From an uncultured Actinomycetes bacterium (lineage in GTDB: Bacteria > Actinomycetota > Actinomycetes > S36-B12 > CAIYMF01): a stretch of DNA of 32,000 bases. The stretch covers positions 1,020,001 through 1,052,000 of the forward strand of contig CAWJMG010000003.1 of assembly GCA_963843975.1 (NCBI GenBank), given 5' to 3'. Positions 16,896 to 27,468 of the stretch are shown here, piece by piece. The notes beneath the pieces are model-generated. The model was not told the origin of the DNA and searched no databases. It saw nothing but the letters and a program-made list of their open reading frames with translations. How positions within the stretch are numbered: the first letter of the stretch is position 1; every line of letters starts with the position of its first letter. A program made the translations under genes and the position numbers.

Positions 16896-18316
16896 GCGAC
16901 GGCCCCTCGACGCCCTCGGAGCCGGTGACCGGCCCGCACGGCGCCGATCTCGACGACCTCGTCGCCGTCGTCGACAGCCCGACCACGCAGGCCCCCGGCG
17001 TGCGTAACTCGCTCACCCGCGGGCTCGTGTGGTTCATCGACCACCTCGCTCCCTGGATCGACCGGCTCGTCGGCCACGGCGCCCCCTGGCGCCGGCTGCG
17101 CCCCGGCCGCCGCGTCGCGGTGGGCTGGATCGTCACGCGCCTCGTGATGCTCGCGCTCCTCGCGCTGCCGGAGCAGACGATCATCAACGACGTCCTCTAC
17201 TACGCCGACAACCTCGCGAAGCTGAACGACGGATCGCCGCTGACCGAGGTCCTCAAGGAGTACCCGCTGCCCGTCCTCGCGCTCGTGGGGCTGCCGTGGG
17301 TGCTCTCGTTCGGCAACCACATCGTCTACGCGACGCTCTTCGTCGGCATGATGCTGGCCTTCGACGCCGCCTTCTGCCGCCTGCTCTACGTCCGCGCGGG
17401 CAAGCAGCAGAGCCCCGCGGTCACGCTGTGGCTGGCGTCCGGGCCGATGATGGGCCCGCTGATGGTCACCCGGTTCGACGTCGTCCCCGGCATCCTGGCG
17501 GGTGCGTCGGTGCTGCTGCTCGAGCGGCGGCCGCGCCTCGCGACCGTGTTCGTCGCCGCGGGTGCGGCCATCAAGCTGTGGCCGGCCGTCCTGCTCCCCG
17601 CGCTCGCGGCACCCGCGAAGACCCGCTGGCGCGTGGTGGCGACCACGGTCGTGTCGGGCCTCGTCATCGCGGGCACGATCGTCGCGCTCGGCGGCCTCGA
17701 TCGGCTCCTCACCCCGCTCACGTGGCAGGGCGACCGCGGCCTTCAGATCGAGTCCGTGCCGGCGCTGCCGCTGATGATCGCCTGGGCGTTCACGCACGAC
17801 CCGTGGGTCGTCGACTTCACCCGCTTCATCACCTCGGAGATCGCCGGCCCCGGCGACCGCTTCCTCATCACGCTGGCCACGCTCGCGACTGCCGCGTCGC
17901 TGCTCGCGATGGCCGCCCTGTGGTTCCGCGCCTGGAAGCGCGGCGCGACGATCAGCGCCGAGACCGTCGGCTGGATCATGCTCACCACCACCGGCCTGCT
18001 GATCCTCACCAACAAGGTGTTCAGCCCGCAGTACCTGCTCTGGCTCTCGCCGATCGCGATCGCGATGGTCGCCGTGGCGCCTCGCGGAGACACCGGCGTA
18101 CGCCGGTTCGTGGTGCTGCTGCTGTCGGTCGGCGTCCTGACCCAGGTGATCTACCCGATCCTCTACCTCTGGGTGTCCGAGATCTACTGGGCCAACATCC
18201 CTGGCGTGCTTCTCCTGACGCTCCGCGACGTGTTCCTCGTCGGGTTCGTCGTCTACGCCTGGCGCAGGGCGTGGAGCGAGACGAGCGCGCAGGCCGCACT
18301 CGCCGACGTCGACTGA
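16892..18316 (+). CDS. Polytopic GT-C-type membrane glycosyltransferase (DUF2029/GT87-like), paralog A
   Basis: The ATG overlaps the upstream stop (ATGA at 16892-16895). 474 aa with more than 10 hydrophobic segments. Motifs INDVLYYA, AAIKLWPAVLLP, LLTPLTWQGDRGLQIES, NKVFSPQYLLWL. Confidence 0.7.
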   Translation: MSDGPSTPSEPVTGPHGADLDDLVAVVDSPTTQAPGVRNSLTRGLVWFIDHLAPWIDRLVGHGAPWRRLRPGRRVAVGWIVTRLVMLALLALPEQTIINDVLYYADNLAKLNDGSPLTEVLKEYPLPVLALVGLPWVLSFGNHIVYATLFVGMMLAFDAAFCRLLYVRAGKQQSPAVTLWLASGPMMGPLMVTRFDVVPGILAGASVLLLERRPRLATVFVAAGAAIKLWPAVLLPALAAPAKTRWRVVATTVVSGLVIAGTIVALGGLDRLLTPLTWQGDRGLQIESVPALPLMIAWAFTHDPWVVDFTRFITSEIAGPGDRFLITLATLATAASLLAMAALWFRAWKRGATISAETVGWIMLTTTGLLILTNKVFSPQYLLWLSPIAIAMVAVAPRGDTGVRRFVVLLLSVGVLTQVIYPILYLWVSEIYWANIPGVLLLTLRDVFLVGFVVYAWRRAWSETSAQAALADVD

Positions 18317-18378
18317 CGGGCGCCGTCCGTCGGAGCGTCGCTCACCCCGGTGCCGCGACAGGCTGGAAGACTCCCCGC

Positions 18379-19683
18379 ATGTCCGCGACCACGCCCGGCG
18401 CCCTCGACCGGGCGATGGCGGCGCTCGAGCGCGGCATCACGGTCGTGCTCCGGGGCCGCACGGACCCCGACGCCCGTTGGCGAGGCGTGCGACTGCTGAT
18501 CCTCTGGCTGCTGACCCGACTCGTCGTGGTCGTGCTCGTCCCGCTGGCGCCGTACGTGGTGAACGACGTGAACTACTACGCCACCGTCATCACCGGCCAG
18601 GCGGACGCAGACTTCCCCGGCACCCTGCGTGAGTACCCCGTGCCTGCCATCTGGTGGCTCACGATCCCGTCGCTCCTGGCCGGCGGCGAGATCAAGCCGT
18701 ACGGCTGGTGGTTCGTCTTCCTCATGCTGTGCGTCGACGGCGCGTTCCTCACCGTGCTCCAGAGGGTCGGCCGTTCGCCCCGGGCGGTGACGGCGTGGCT
18801 CGCTGCCGGGGTGCTCATCGGTCCCTTGCTCCTGCTCCGGTTCGACCTCCTGACCGGGGCGCTCGTCGGCACCGCCCTGCTGCTCGCCGTGCCGCGGCCG
18901 CGTCTGGCTGCCGCGCTCACGGTGCTCGCCGCCGGGGTGAAGCTGTGGCCGGGCATCTTCGTGGGGCTCGTCGCCGCTGCGGGTCCGCGCCGCCGCCCAG
19001 CGGTCGTGGCGGCCGGGGCCACCTCGGTCGTGCTGGTCCTGGCGGCTGCGGCCACGACGGGGTGGGACCGCCTCCTCACGCCGCTCGCGTACCAGACCGA
19101 CCGCGGCCTGCAGATCGAGTCGCTCTTCGCTCTGCCCGCCATGGTGCTGTGGTCCCTGGGGGTCGACGGCTACGTGGTCGACTACCCGGCGTCCCTGTCG
19201 TTCGAGGTCAGCGGTCCCGGAACCGCTGCACTCGGCGCGTTGGCCACCGTCGCGACCGCGGCGTCGCTCGTCTGGGTCCTCGGCACGACCGCAGCGCTCT
19301 GGCGTCGTGCCACCCACCCCGGGCTGCTCACGGGTGCCGCCTGGGCGATGCTGTCCGGGGTGTGCCTGCTGGTGCTGTCGAACAAGGTGTTCAGCCCGCA
19401 GTACATGGCGTGGCTGCTGCCCATCGTCGTGGTCCTGCTGGCCGTGACCGGAGAAGCCCGTGCCCGCACCAGCGCCTACCTCATGCTGTGCGCCGCTGCG
19501 ACCGCCCAGGCGCTCTACCCCTGGCTGTACGACGCCGTCACCTCGACCCACGCGACCGCGTTGAGCCCGGTGGCTGTCGCCCTGATCGCCCTGCGCCTCG
19601 TGCTCGTCTGCCTCGTGGCGGTCATCGCCACGCGACGCACCTGGCAGATCCTGCGAGAGTCCCGGGCGGCGGCGTCCGGCTAG
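18379..19683 (+). CDS. Polytopic GT-C-type membrane glycosyltransferase (DUF2029/GT87-like), paralog B
   Basis: ATG at 18379. It has the same motif set as paralog A (VNDVNYYA, AAGVKLWPGIFV, LLTPLAYQTDRGLQIES, NKVFSPQYMAWL), which indicates a tandem duplication. Confidence 0.7.
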   Translation: MSATTPGALDRAMAALERGITVVLRGRTDPDARWRGVRLLILWLLTRLVVVVLVPLAPYVVNDVNYYATVITGQADADFPGTLREYPVPAIWWLTIPSLLAGGEIKPYGWWFVFLMLCVDGAFLTVLQRVGRSPRAVTAWLAAGVLIGPLLLLRFDLLTGALVGTALLLAVPRPRLAAALTVLAAGVKLWPGIFVGLVAAAGPRRRPAVVAAGATSVVLVLAAAATTGWDRLLTPLAYQTDRGLQIESLFALPAMVLWSLGVDGYVVDYPASLSFEVSGPGTAALGALATVATAASLVWVLGTTAALWRRATHPGLLTGAAWAMLSGVCLLVLSNKVFSPQYMAWLLPIVVVLLAVTGEARARTSAYLMLCAAATAQALYPWLYDAVTSTHATALSPVAVALIALRLVLVCLVAVIATRRTWQILRESRAAASG

Positions 19684-20096
19684 AGCTCGTCGACGTCGAT
19701 CTCGGGGCCGTCGCCGAGGAGCACGACTCCCCCGCGGACGCCGTCCTGGGTCCAGCCGCGCACGGCGCTGCCGAGCACGTCGAGCGCCGTCGCGAACGCC
19801 TTCGGCTCGGCCTCGGCCAGCAAGCCCCACGAGGCCCACACCACGAGGACTCCCTCGGCCTCGCCGAGGTCGAGGTCGCCGAGGCACTCCTCGAGGGCGT
19901 CCCAGTTCATGCCGAACCAGTCGGGCAGCCCGAAGGCCTCGTCGCACATCTGCAGGAACGACTCGCGGTCCTCGACCTCGGCGCCGTCGAGGACGACGCA
20001 GCGCCACTCGAGCGTCTCGGCCTCGGTCTCGAGCTCCTCGATCGTGGCGTCCTCGAGGCGGCGGACGCCCTTCAGCCGCTCCAGCACGCTGCTCAT
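19680..20096 (-). CDS. Barstar-family ribonuclease inhibitor (immunity protein)
   Basis: 138 aa and acidic. FGLPDWFGMNWDALEECLGDL matches the barstar core (..P.YYG.N.DAL.D.L). Its ATG overlaps the RNase stop (ATGA at 20093-20096). Confidence 0.8.
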   Translation of the reverse strand: MSSVLERLKGVRRLEDATIEELETEAETLEWRCVVLDGAEVEDRESFLQMCDEAFGLPDWFGMNWDALEECLGDLDLGEAEGVLVVWASWGLLAEAEPKAFATALDVLGSAVRGWTQDGVRGGVVLLGDGPEIDVDEL

Positions 20097-20584
20097 GAAC
20101 CCGCTCCTGACACGACCTCGCGGAACGAGGAGTAGTGGTCGTCGGTGTAGAAGCGCGAGCCGTCCGCGCCCCCGATGATGCGCCGCGCGCCGCGGTCGGA
20201 GGACCCCGGCGTGATGACGGTGTACTCGCGGTAGAAGCCGGACTTCTGCTGGGGCAGGATGCCCTCGCGGTTCTGGAAGGTCACGCCGTCCTTGGAGAAC
20301 GGGAACGGACCGTCGGACGCGACGAGGCGCAGCGTGTCGACACCCTCGGGCGGCAGCTGGTCGACCGCGATGGTGCCGAGGTCGGTCGTGGCGCTCGCCG
20401 GAGCGAGGTCGGCGGCGTCGGAGACCGATGAGCCGGCGCCGGCGCCGCCAGAGGTCGTGGATGCCGCCTTGCTGCTGCCACAGGAGGTCAGGACCGCGAG
20501 GCCCAGGACGGCCAGCAGGACGGCGAGCAGCACGCCAGGACCTCGGCGGGTCGGCGTACGGCGGTGAAGGGAGGTTCCGGACAC
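20093..20584 (-). CDS. Guanyl-specific ribonuclease of the RNase Sa/N1/T1 family with lipoprotein signal peptide
   Basis: GTG at 20584. Signal peptide plus lipobox LAVLTSC, then a Ser/Gly/Ala linker. The catalytic domain LPPEGVDTLRLVASDGPFPFSKDGVTFQNREGILP....GFYREYTVITPGSSDRGARRII.....FYTDDHYSSF keeps the E, R and H positions of RNase Sa. Confidence 0.85.
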   Translation of the reverse strand: MSGTSLHRRTPTRRGPGVLLAVLLAVLGLAVLTSCGSSKAASTTSGGAGAGSSVSDAADLAPASATTDLGTIAVDQLPPEGVDTLRLVASDGPFPFSKDGVTFQNREGILPQQKSGFYREYTVITPGSSDRGARRIIGGADGSRFYTDDHYSSFREVVSGAGS

Positions 20585-20680
20585 GGACGGAATCGTGGCA
20601 GACGGCGGCGCGCTCGTCAGCGGCGGCTTCTGGTTCGCGCCGTGAGGTGCTCGCGCCGACGGGATGGGAGGATCTGCGTC

Positions 20681-21637
20681 ATGAGCAGCCGCGACCTCGA
20701 CCGGGCCGGGATCACCGATCCCGCGATGCGGACGTCGTACGAGCGCTGCCGCGAGCTCAACGCCCAGCACGGCAAGACCTACTACCTCGCCACGCTGCTT
20801 CTGCCGCCGGCCAAGCGCCCGTACGTGCACGCGCTCTACGGCTTCGCGCGGTACGCCGACGAGATCGTCGACGACCTCGCCTCGACGCTCTCGGACGAGC
20901 AGAAGGCCGACTGGCTGCGCTCGTGGGGCGAGCTGTTCTTCGCCGACCTGCGCCGAGGGGCGTCGGACGACCCGGTCTGCAAGGCCGTCGTCGACACCGT
21001 GCAGCGCTGGGACATCCCGGTCGAGCACTTCGAGGCGTTCCTGCACTCGATGACCATGGACCTCACGGTCACCGAGTACGCGACGTACGACGACCTGTAC
21101 GAGTACGTCTACGGATCGGCCGCCGTGATCGGCCTGCAGATGGTGCCGATCCTCGAGCCGTCGGCACCCGAGGCGTACGAGCGGGCCAAGGACCTCGGCG
21201 TCGCGTTCCAGCTCGCGAACTTCGTGCGCGACGTCGGGGAGGACCTCGACCGAGGCCGCGTCTACCTGCCGCTCGAGGACCTCGCGCAGTTCGGCGTCAC
21301 GCGTGCCGACCTCGAGAAGCGCGTTTTGACGCCGTCGATCCGCGCCGCGCTGGAGGTCCAGATCGCGCGGGTGCGGGCGCTCGAGGAGGAGTCGCGCGCG
21401 GGCATCGCGCTGCTGCACCCGTCGTCGCAGCCGTGCATCGAGGCCGCGCGCATCCTCTACTGCGGCATCGTCGACGCCGTCGAGGAGATCGACTACGAGG
21501 TCTTCACCCGCCGCGCGACCGTCTCGCAGCGACGCCGTCTCGCCGTCGCCCTGCCCGCGTGGAACAAGGCGCGCCGCGCGCGCAAGAAGTACGGCGAGGG
21601 CCACCCCCACGGCCTGCACGCCCCCGCCAGCACCTGA
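20681..21637 (+). CDS. crtB: Phytoene synthase
   Basis: ATG at 20681, preceded by GGGAGG. HGKTYYLAT..LP...R..V.ALYGFAR.ADEIVDD, YEYVYGSAAVIG and AFQLANFVRDVGEDLDRGRVYLP are squalene/phytoene synthase motifs. Confidence 0.9.
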   Translation: MSSRDLDRAGITDPAMRTSYERCRELNAQHGKTYYLATLLLPPAKRPYVHALYGFARYADEIVDDLASTLSDEQKADWLRSWGELFFADLRRGASDDPVCKAVVDTVQRWDIPVEHFEAFLHSMTMDLTVTEYATYDDLYEYVYGSAAVIGLQMVPILEPSAPEAYERAKDLGVAFQLANFVRDVGEDLDRGRVYLPLEDLAQFGVTRADLEKRVLTPSIRAALEVQIARVRALEEESRAGIALLHPSSQPCIEAARILYCGIVDAVEEIDYEVFTRRATVSQRRRLAVALPAWNKARRARKKYGEGHPHGLHAPAST

Positions 21638-21820
21638 CCCGGTCGCCGGCTCCGCGTCGCTCGTCCCTCTTTGCGCGAGCACCTGCCTGACCGCATCCTG
21701 TTGCCTGCCTGTGGCTGTGTTCGCGTGCAGCGGAACGACTTCCGGGGATAGACCCCTCCGACGACCACTGCACTGTCAGACCCCCTCGGCATGATGGTCG
21801 TGTCGCGAAGGGAGGTGACC

Positions 21821-23434
21821 ATGTCCGTCGATCTGATGACCGACCCGTTCGGTTCGGCGTACCCGTTCGAGCTGCCGGCGGACGAGTCGTGGTCGCCGCT
21901 CCCGACGGCGGACGAGGTCGCGCTGGTGGCCGAGCTCGCGCGGCTGTTCCCGCGGGACATGGATCGTCCGGTGTATCGCGACGACCTCGCACCGTGGGAC
22001 CGCGACGACCTCCTGGACTTCGCGTTCGTGGCCGACACGGAGCCGGCGGACGAGTCGAGCGGCGTCACGGCCTCCGAGATCATCGCCGCGGCTGCACGGC
22101 CGGCGGGATGCGGCGCGGAGGATCTGGCGCTGCTGGAGGCCACCGATCCCGCGACGCTGGACGACCCGCTCGCACGGATCGCCTACGTGAAGGTTCTCAG
22201 CCGCGTCGAGGCGTCGATCGCGGCACGTCGCTATGACGCGGTGCTGTCGCTGGTGCCCGTGCTGGCGCACGAGTCCGACTACGTGGCAGAGGGCGCGCGC
22301 CAGATCGACCTGGCAGTCGCCTGCCGGTCATCCCTGCGTGCCGCCGGCCAGATGATCGACGCCGCCCGCGCGACCCGGCTGGTCTTCCCCGCGATGCACG
22401 AGGCGCTGGCGGCCGGCAGGATCACCGACCGGCACGTGCGGATCCTGCTCGAGCGCACCCGGGTCATCCACGACGCCGCCACCCTGGTGCTCATCGGGGA
22501 GCAGGCCCTCCCCCTGGCCCTGCAGCTGACCCCGCCGCGGTTCGAGGACGCCCTCGAGCAGGTGATCATCGCGTTCGACCCCGACGCCCCCGCGCGCCGG
22601 AAGAAGGCCCACGCCGACCGTGACGTGTGGACCTGCCGCCTGCCGGACGGGATGGCAATGCTGGGCATCAAGACCGACGCTGCCACCGTGGCCGCGATGC
22701 ACGAGCGCATCCGCGCCGCGGCGAAGGACCTTCAGGCCGCCCGCGGTGGCACCGCAGCGGCCCGGGCCGGGGACACCGACGCGACGATGCACGCCTGCGC
22801 TGCCGACGCGGCGGCCGCGATCATCCTCGGCACCCAGGCCGAGGACGGGTCGGTCGTGTTCGACCCCGAGGCTCAGACCGTGGTCCACGTGCAGCTGGTC
22901 ATCGATCTGGAGACCCTCCGCGGAGAGCGCGACAACCCTGCCCTGCTGCACGGATGCCCGATCCCCGCCTCCATGGCTCGGGACATCGCCGGCTACGCCC
23001 AGGCGTTCCGCCGGATCGTGACCGACCCGGTCACCGGTGTCGCCCTCGACTACGGCCGAGAGCAGTACCTCCCCGGCCCGCTCAGGGACTACGTCCTGCA
23101 CCGCGACGGCGGGTGCCGCATCCCCGGCTGCGGCTGCCGCAGCATCTCGCTGCTGGACATGGACCACGCCGTACGGTTCCCCGACGGACCGTCCGACCCT
23201 GCCAACACCGGCGGCATCTCCAAGCGCTGCCACCAGATCAAGACAGCCGGCCTGATCGACCTTGTCGACGGCAGAGCCGACGGCTCGGTCACCCTCGTCA
23301 CGATGCTCGGCCAACGTGTCCGCATCCCACCTCGCCCGTTCATGGGCTGGCAGCCACCCGACCTGCCCCCACCGCGGCCCGGACGCAGCGACCCCGGGCC
23401 CAGCGACCCCGACGCCGACATCCCGCCCTTCTAG
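21821..23434 (+). CDS. DUF222-domain HNH endonuclease (REP13E12-type protein)
   Basis: ATG at 21821, preceded by AAGGGAGG. DUF222-like N-terminal two-thirds (..ARIAYVKVLSRVEASIAARRYDAV...RITDRHVRILLERT..). C-terminal HNH region LHRDGGCRIPGCGCRSISLLDMDHAVRFPDGPSDPANTGGISKRCHQIKT. Confidence 0.85.
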   Translation: MSVDLMTDPFGSAYPFELPADESWSPLPTADEVALVAELARLFPRDMDRPVYRDDLAPWDRDDLLDFAFVADTEPADESSGVTASEIIAAAARPAGCGAEDLALLEATDPATLDDPLARIAYVKVLSRVEASIAARRYDAVLSLVPVLAHESDYVAEGARQIDLAVACRSSLRAAGQMIDAARATRLVFPAMHEALAAGRITDRHVRILLERTRVIHDAATLVLIGEQALPLALQLTPPRFEDALEQVIIAFDPDAPARRKKAHADRDVWTCRLPDGMAMLGIKTDAATVAAMHERIRAAAKDLQAARGGTAAARAGDTDATMHACAADAAAAIILGTQAEDGSVVFDPEAQTVVHVQLVIDLETLRGERDNPALLHGCPIPASMARDIAGYAQAFRRIVTDPVTGVALDYGREQYLPGPLRDYVLHRDGGCRIPGCGCRSISLLDMDHAVRFPDGPSDPANTGGISKRCHQIKTAGLIDLVDGRADGSVTLVTMLGQRVRIPPRPFMGWQPPDLPPPRPGRSDPGPSDPDADIPPF

Positions 23435-23544
23435 ACCGGGCACCACCGACCACCGTGGCCGATCGGCCGTGTCCTCACCCGGGCACGGCGCATCGCCCTG
23501 CCCGAACGGGCCGGCGGATCCAGAGCGACGCGCCGGCCGGCGTA

Positions 23545-23936
23545 CTAGGGCAGGCGGGCCGTCGCGAAGCAGAACCAGTAGCCGTCCTGGTCCTCGACGA
23601 CGACCTCGGTCGTCGCGAGCGGGCTGCTGTCGTATCGCTCAGGGCCGCGCGTGATGGAGAGACCAGCGTCGCGTGCAGCGGTGACGAGGGTGTCGAGCTC
23701 CTCCACCCACAGGAAGACGTCCGCCACGTGCGCCACATGGTCGTGATTCGGGTTCGCGGACTCGCCCTTCATCACGTGGAGCTGGGCGTCACCGCGACCC
23801 AGGGGGACGTACTCCTCGTTCCCGTCGAAGTAGCGCAGTCGCTCAAAGCCGAAGACCGCTGTGTAGGTGTCTACGGCCGCACGATGTCGCGGACAACGAT
23901 GATCGGAGCGATGGTCCCTGTCGGGTCCTTGAGCAC
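23545..23936 (-). pseudogene. Glyoxalase/bleomycin-resistance (VOC) family protein with an apparent -1 frameshift near 23877
   Basis: AGGAGA-N5-GTG (23936) opens a frame reading VLKDPTGTIAPIIVVRDIVRP*, with its stop at 23871-23873. The VOC body (AVDTYTAVFGFERLRYFDG...LHVMKG...VVVEDQDGYWFCF) continues in the adjacent frame to 23545. Restoring one G in GTGCGGCCG gives ...VVRDIVRAVDTYTAVFGF..., a normal first VOC strand. 392 nt plus 1 equals 131 codons. Confidence 0.65.
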
Positions 23937-24063
23937 ATGGTTCTCCTGTCCGTGAGTTCCCTGGTGGCCACGCACTACCCAGGCCACGGCAGTTCAACAC
24001 CGGGATCGCGAACCCGAGTCCCGATGCCGTTTCGGCCTGCCGTGGGACAGCCGAACGATGCGG

Positions 24064-24468
24064 TCAGGAGCGGGGGTCGTCGGCCTGGCCGGGCATGGGG
24101 ATCCTCGGCGGGCCGGAGTACGGCGTGCGCTGCACACCGCGTCGTCCGAGCCAGACCCAGAGCACCTGGGTCAGCACCACGAGCGCGAAGCCGAACATGA
24201 GGTCCTCGACCGGGGCGAACGCGATGCGGCCGTTGCCGAGGAACGGCGGAGCGGCGTCCACCGGCGTCGACGACCCGATGATCTGCTCGCCGTCGTAGCG
24301 CACGATGCGCAGCCCGGTGAGCACGCCGTTGGTGACGAGCTGGAAGAACACGACGATCGCGTACGCCGCCCAGAACACCCGGCGCCGCAGCAGCCGGGTG
24401 CGCAGCACGAACAGGTCGAGCACGACCACCGCGACGATGCCGAGGACGGCGAGCTGGGTGTAGCTCAT
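24064..24468 (-). CDS. crtYd: Lycopene cyclase domain protein, second subunit of a heterodimeric CrtYc/CrtYd-type cyclase
   Basis: 134 aa and membrane-embedded. Motif FAPVEDLMFGF (PxE[ED] cyclase motif). Its ATG overlaps the upstream stop (ATGA at 24465-24468). Confidence 0.75.
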   Translation of the reverse strand: MSYTQLAVLGIVAVVVLDLFVLRTRLLRRRVFWAAYAIVVFFQLVTNGVLTGLRIVRYDGEQIIGSSTPVDAAPPFLGNGRIAFAPVEDLMFGFALVVLTQVLWVWLGRRGVQRTPYSGPPRIPMPGQADDPRS

Positions 24469-24833
24469 GCGTCGTCCCGCCGTACGCCGTCCACGACGGA
24501 GCCAGGCGGCTCGTCGCCGACCTCCCACCGCTTCACCGAGCGCACCGCCTCGAGGGTGAGCAGCGCGGCGATCGGGATGACGACGAAGAACAGCAGCTCG
24601 TCGAGCGGGAGGTCCCCCGGCAGGATCACGCCGGTCGTCTGCGACGGGTCGAACGTCCAGTGGCCCGAGGCGATCGCGTAGAGGTCCCACACGACGAACA
24701 CGGCGACGACGGGCAGCAGCGTCAGGAGCAGCCGGCGCCAGCGGCGGTAGACCCGCGCGCGCAGCAGCACCTCGAGCCAGGCCGTGCCGACCACCACGAA
24801 CAGCAGCACGCCGAGGTAGGCGAAGCGGCTCAC
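24465..24833 (-). CDS. crtYc: Lycopene cyclase domain protein, first subunit of a heterodimeric CrtYc/CrtYd-type cyclase
   Basis: GTG at 24833. 122 aa and membrane-embedded. Motif LPLDELLFFVVIP. Its GTG overlaps the PPOX stop (GTGA at 24830-24833). Confidence 0.75.
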   Translation of the reverse strand: MSRFAYLGVLLFVVVGTAWLEVLLRARVYRRWRRLLLTLLPVVAVFVVWDLYAIASGHWTFDPSQTTGVILPGDLPLDELLFFVVIPIAALLTLEAVRSVKRWEVGDEPPGSVVDGVRRDDA

Positions 24834-25315
24834 GCGCCCGCCTGCTTTGCGTGGTCCCACGACACCGTGCGTGTCACGTGCAGGCGCAGCGCGCGCTGCT
24901 TGGGGGCACGCTCGCGGTACGCCGCCTTCACCGACTCCACGTGCTCGGGCTCGAGGCCCTCGTACTTCACCATCAGGCCGGCGAAGACCTCGCAGATGCG
25001 CTCGACGTCCTCGACGAGCTCCACCGTCCCGGAGAGCTGGACGCCGCGGAGCTCGGCGTAGCGCTCGCCGTCCTCGACCAGCGCGGCGAACCGAGGGTCG
25101 CGCTCCAGGCTGAGGACCTTCTGGCTCTTGGCGTACGTGCGCATCCAGACCACGCCGTCGTCGTCCACGAGGTACCACATGGGCACCGGGTCGGGGACGC
25201 CGTCCGGGCCGTTGGTGACGAGCACCAGCGTGCGGCCCGCCCGGAGCAGGGCGTCGACCTCCGCGTCGGTCAGCGCGATCGACGCTCGTCCGTGGGCCAC
25301 GTCGCCATCCTGCAC
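24830..25315 (-). CDS. Pyridoxamine 5'-phosphate oxidase-like (PPOX-class, probable F420/FMN-binding split-barrel) protein
   Basis: C-terminal ~160 aa of the track ORF 24830..26167. LTDAEVDALLRAGRTLVLVTNGPDGVPDPVPMWY..DDDGVVWMRTYAKSQKV..L.RDPR...VEDGE.Y.ELRGVQL.G is typical of PPOX-class F420-dependent enzymes. The start is GTG at 25315 or 25300. Confidence 0.7.
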   Translation of the reverse strand: MQDGDVAHGRASIALTDAEVDALLRAGRTLVLVTNGPDGVPDPVPMWYLVDDDGVVWMRTYAKSQKVLSLERDPRFAALVEDGERYAELRGVQLSGTVELVEDVERICEVFAGLMVKYEGLEPEHVESVKAAYRERAPKQRALRLHVTRTVSWDHAKQAGA

Positions 25316-25462
25316 GCCGACGCGGGCGCCCGCACCGCGGGGGCGACGGCGCGCCGCGCCCGGATTCCGGTCACGCAGCGCACCGGATCGAGCACGGTTC
25401 ACACCGGCGCGCACGGCGCGCCAGCCGGGAGCACCCCGGAACCGAACGTAGACTCGCCGATC

Positions 25463-27391
<1,929 letters not shown>

Positions 27392-27412
27392 CCCCGCCCA
27401 CCCCCCGCACCC

Positions 27413-27468
27413 CCCGATTTGGTAGTGCCAGGGCGTCACCGGTGACGCCTTACCACTACCAAATCGGG
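27413..27468. repeat. 52-56-nt nested palindromic repeat, copy 2 (probable terminator after the kinase gene)
   Basis: CCCGATTTGGTAGTG-CCAG-GGCGTCACC|GGTGACGCC-TTAC-CACTACCAAATCGGG. The outer arms are perfect 15-nt and the inner palindrome is a perfect 9+9. It lies 21 nt after the stop at 27389-27391. Positions 27415-27466 are 44/52 identical to 7407-7458. Confidence 0.7.

Noticed and set aside
23457-23468. 12-bp perfect palindrome GGCCGATCGGCC and nearby CCGGGCAC direct repeat downstream of the HNH gene
   Set aside because: These are short GC-rich palindromes of a kind expected by chance at this base composition. No matching partner was found at the other end of the putative insert.
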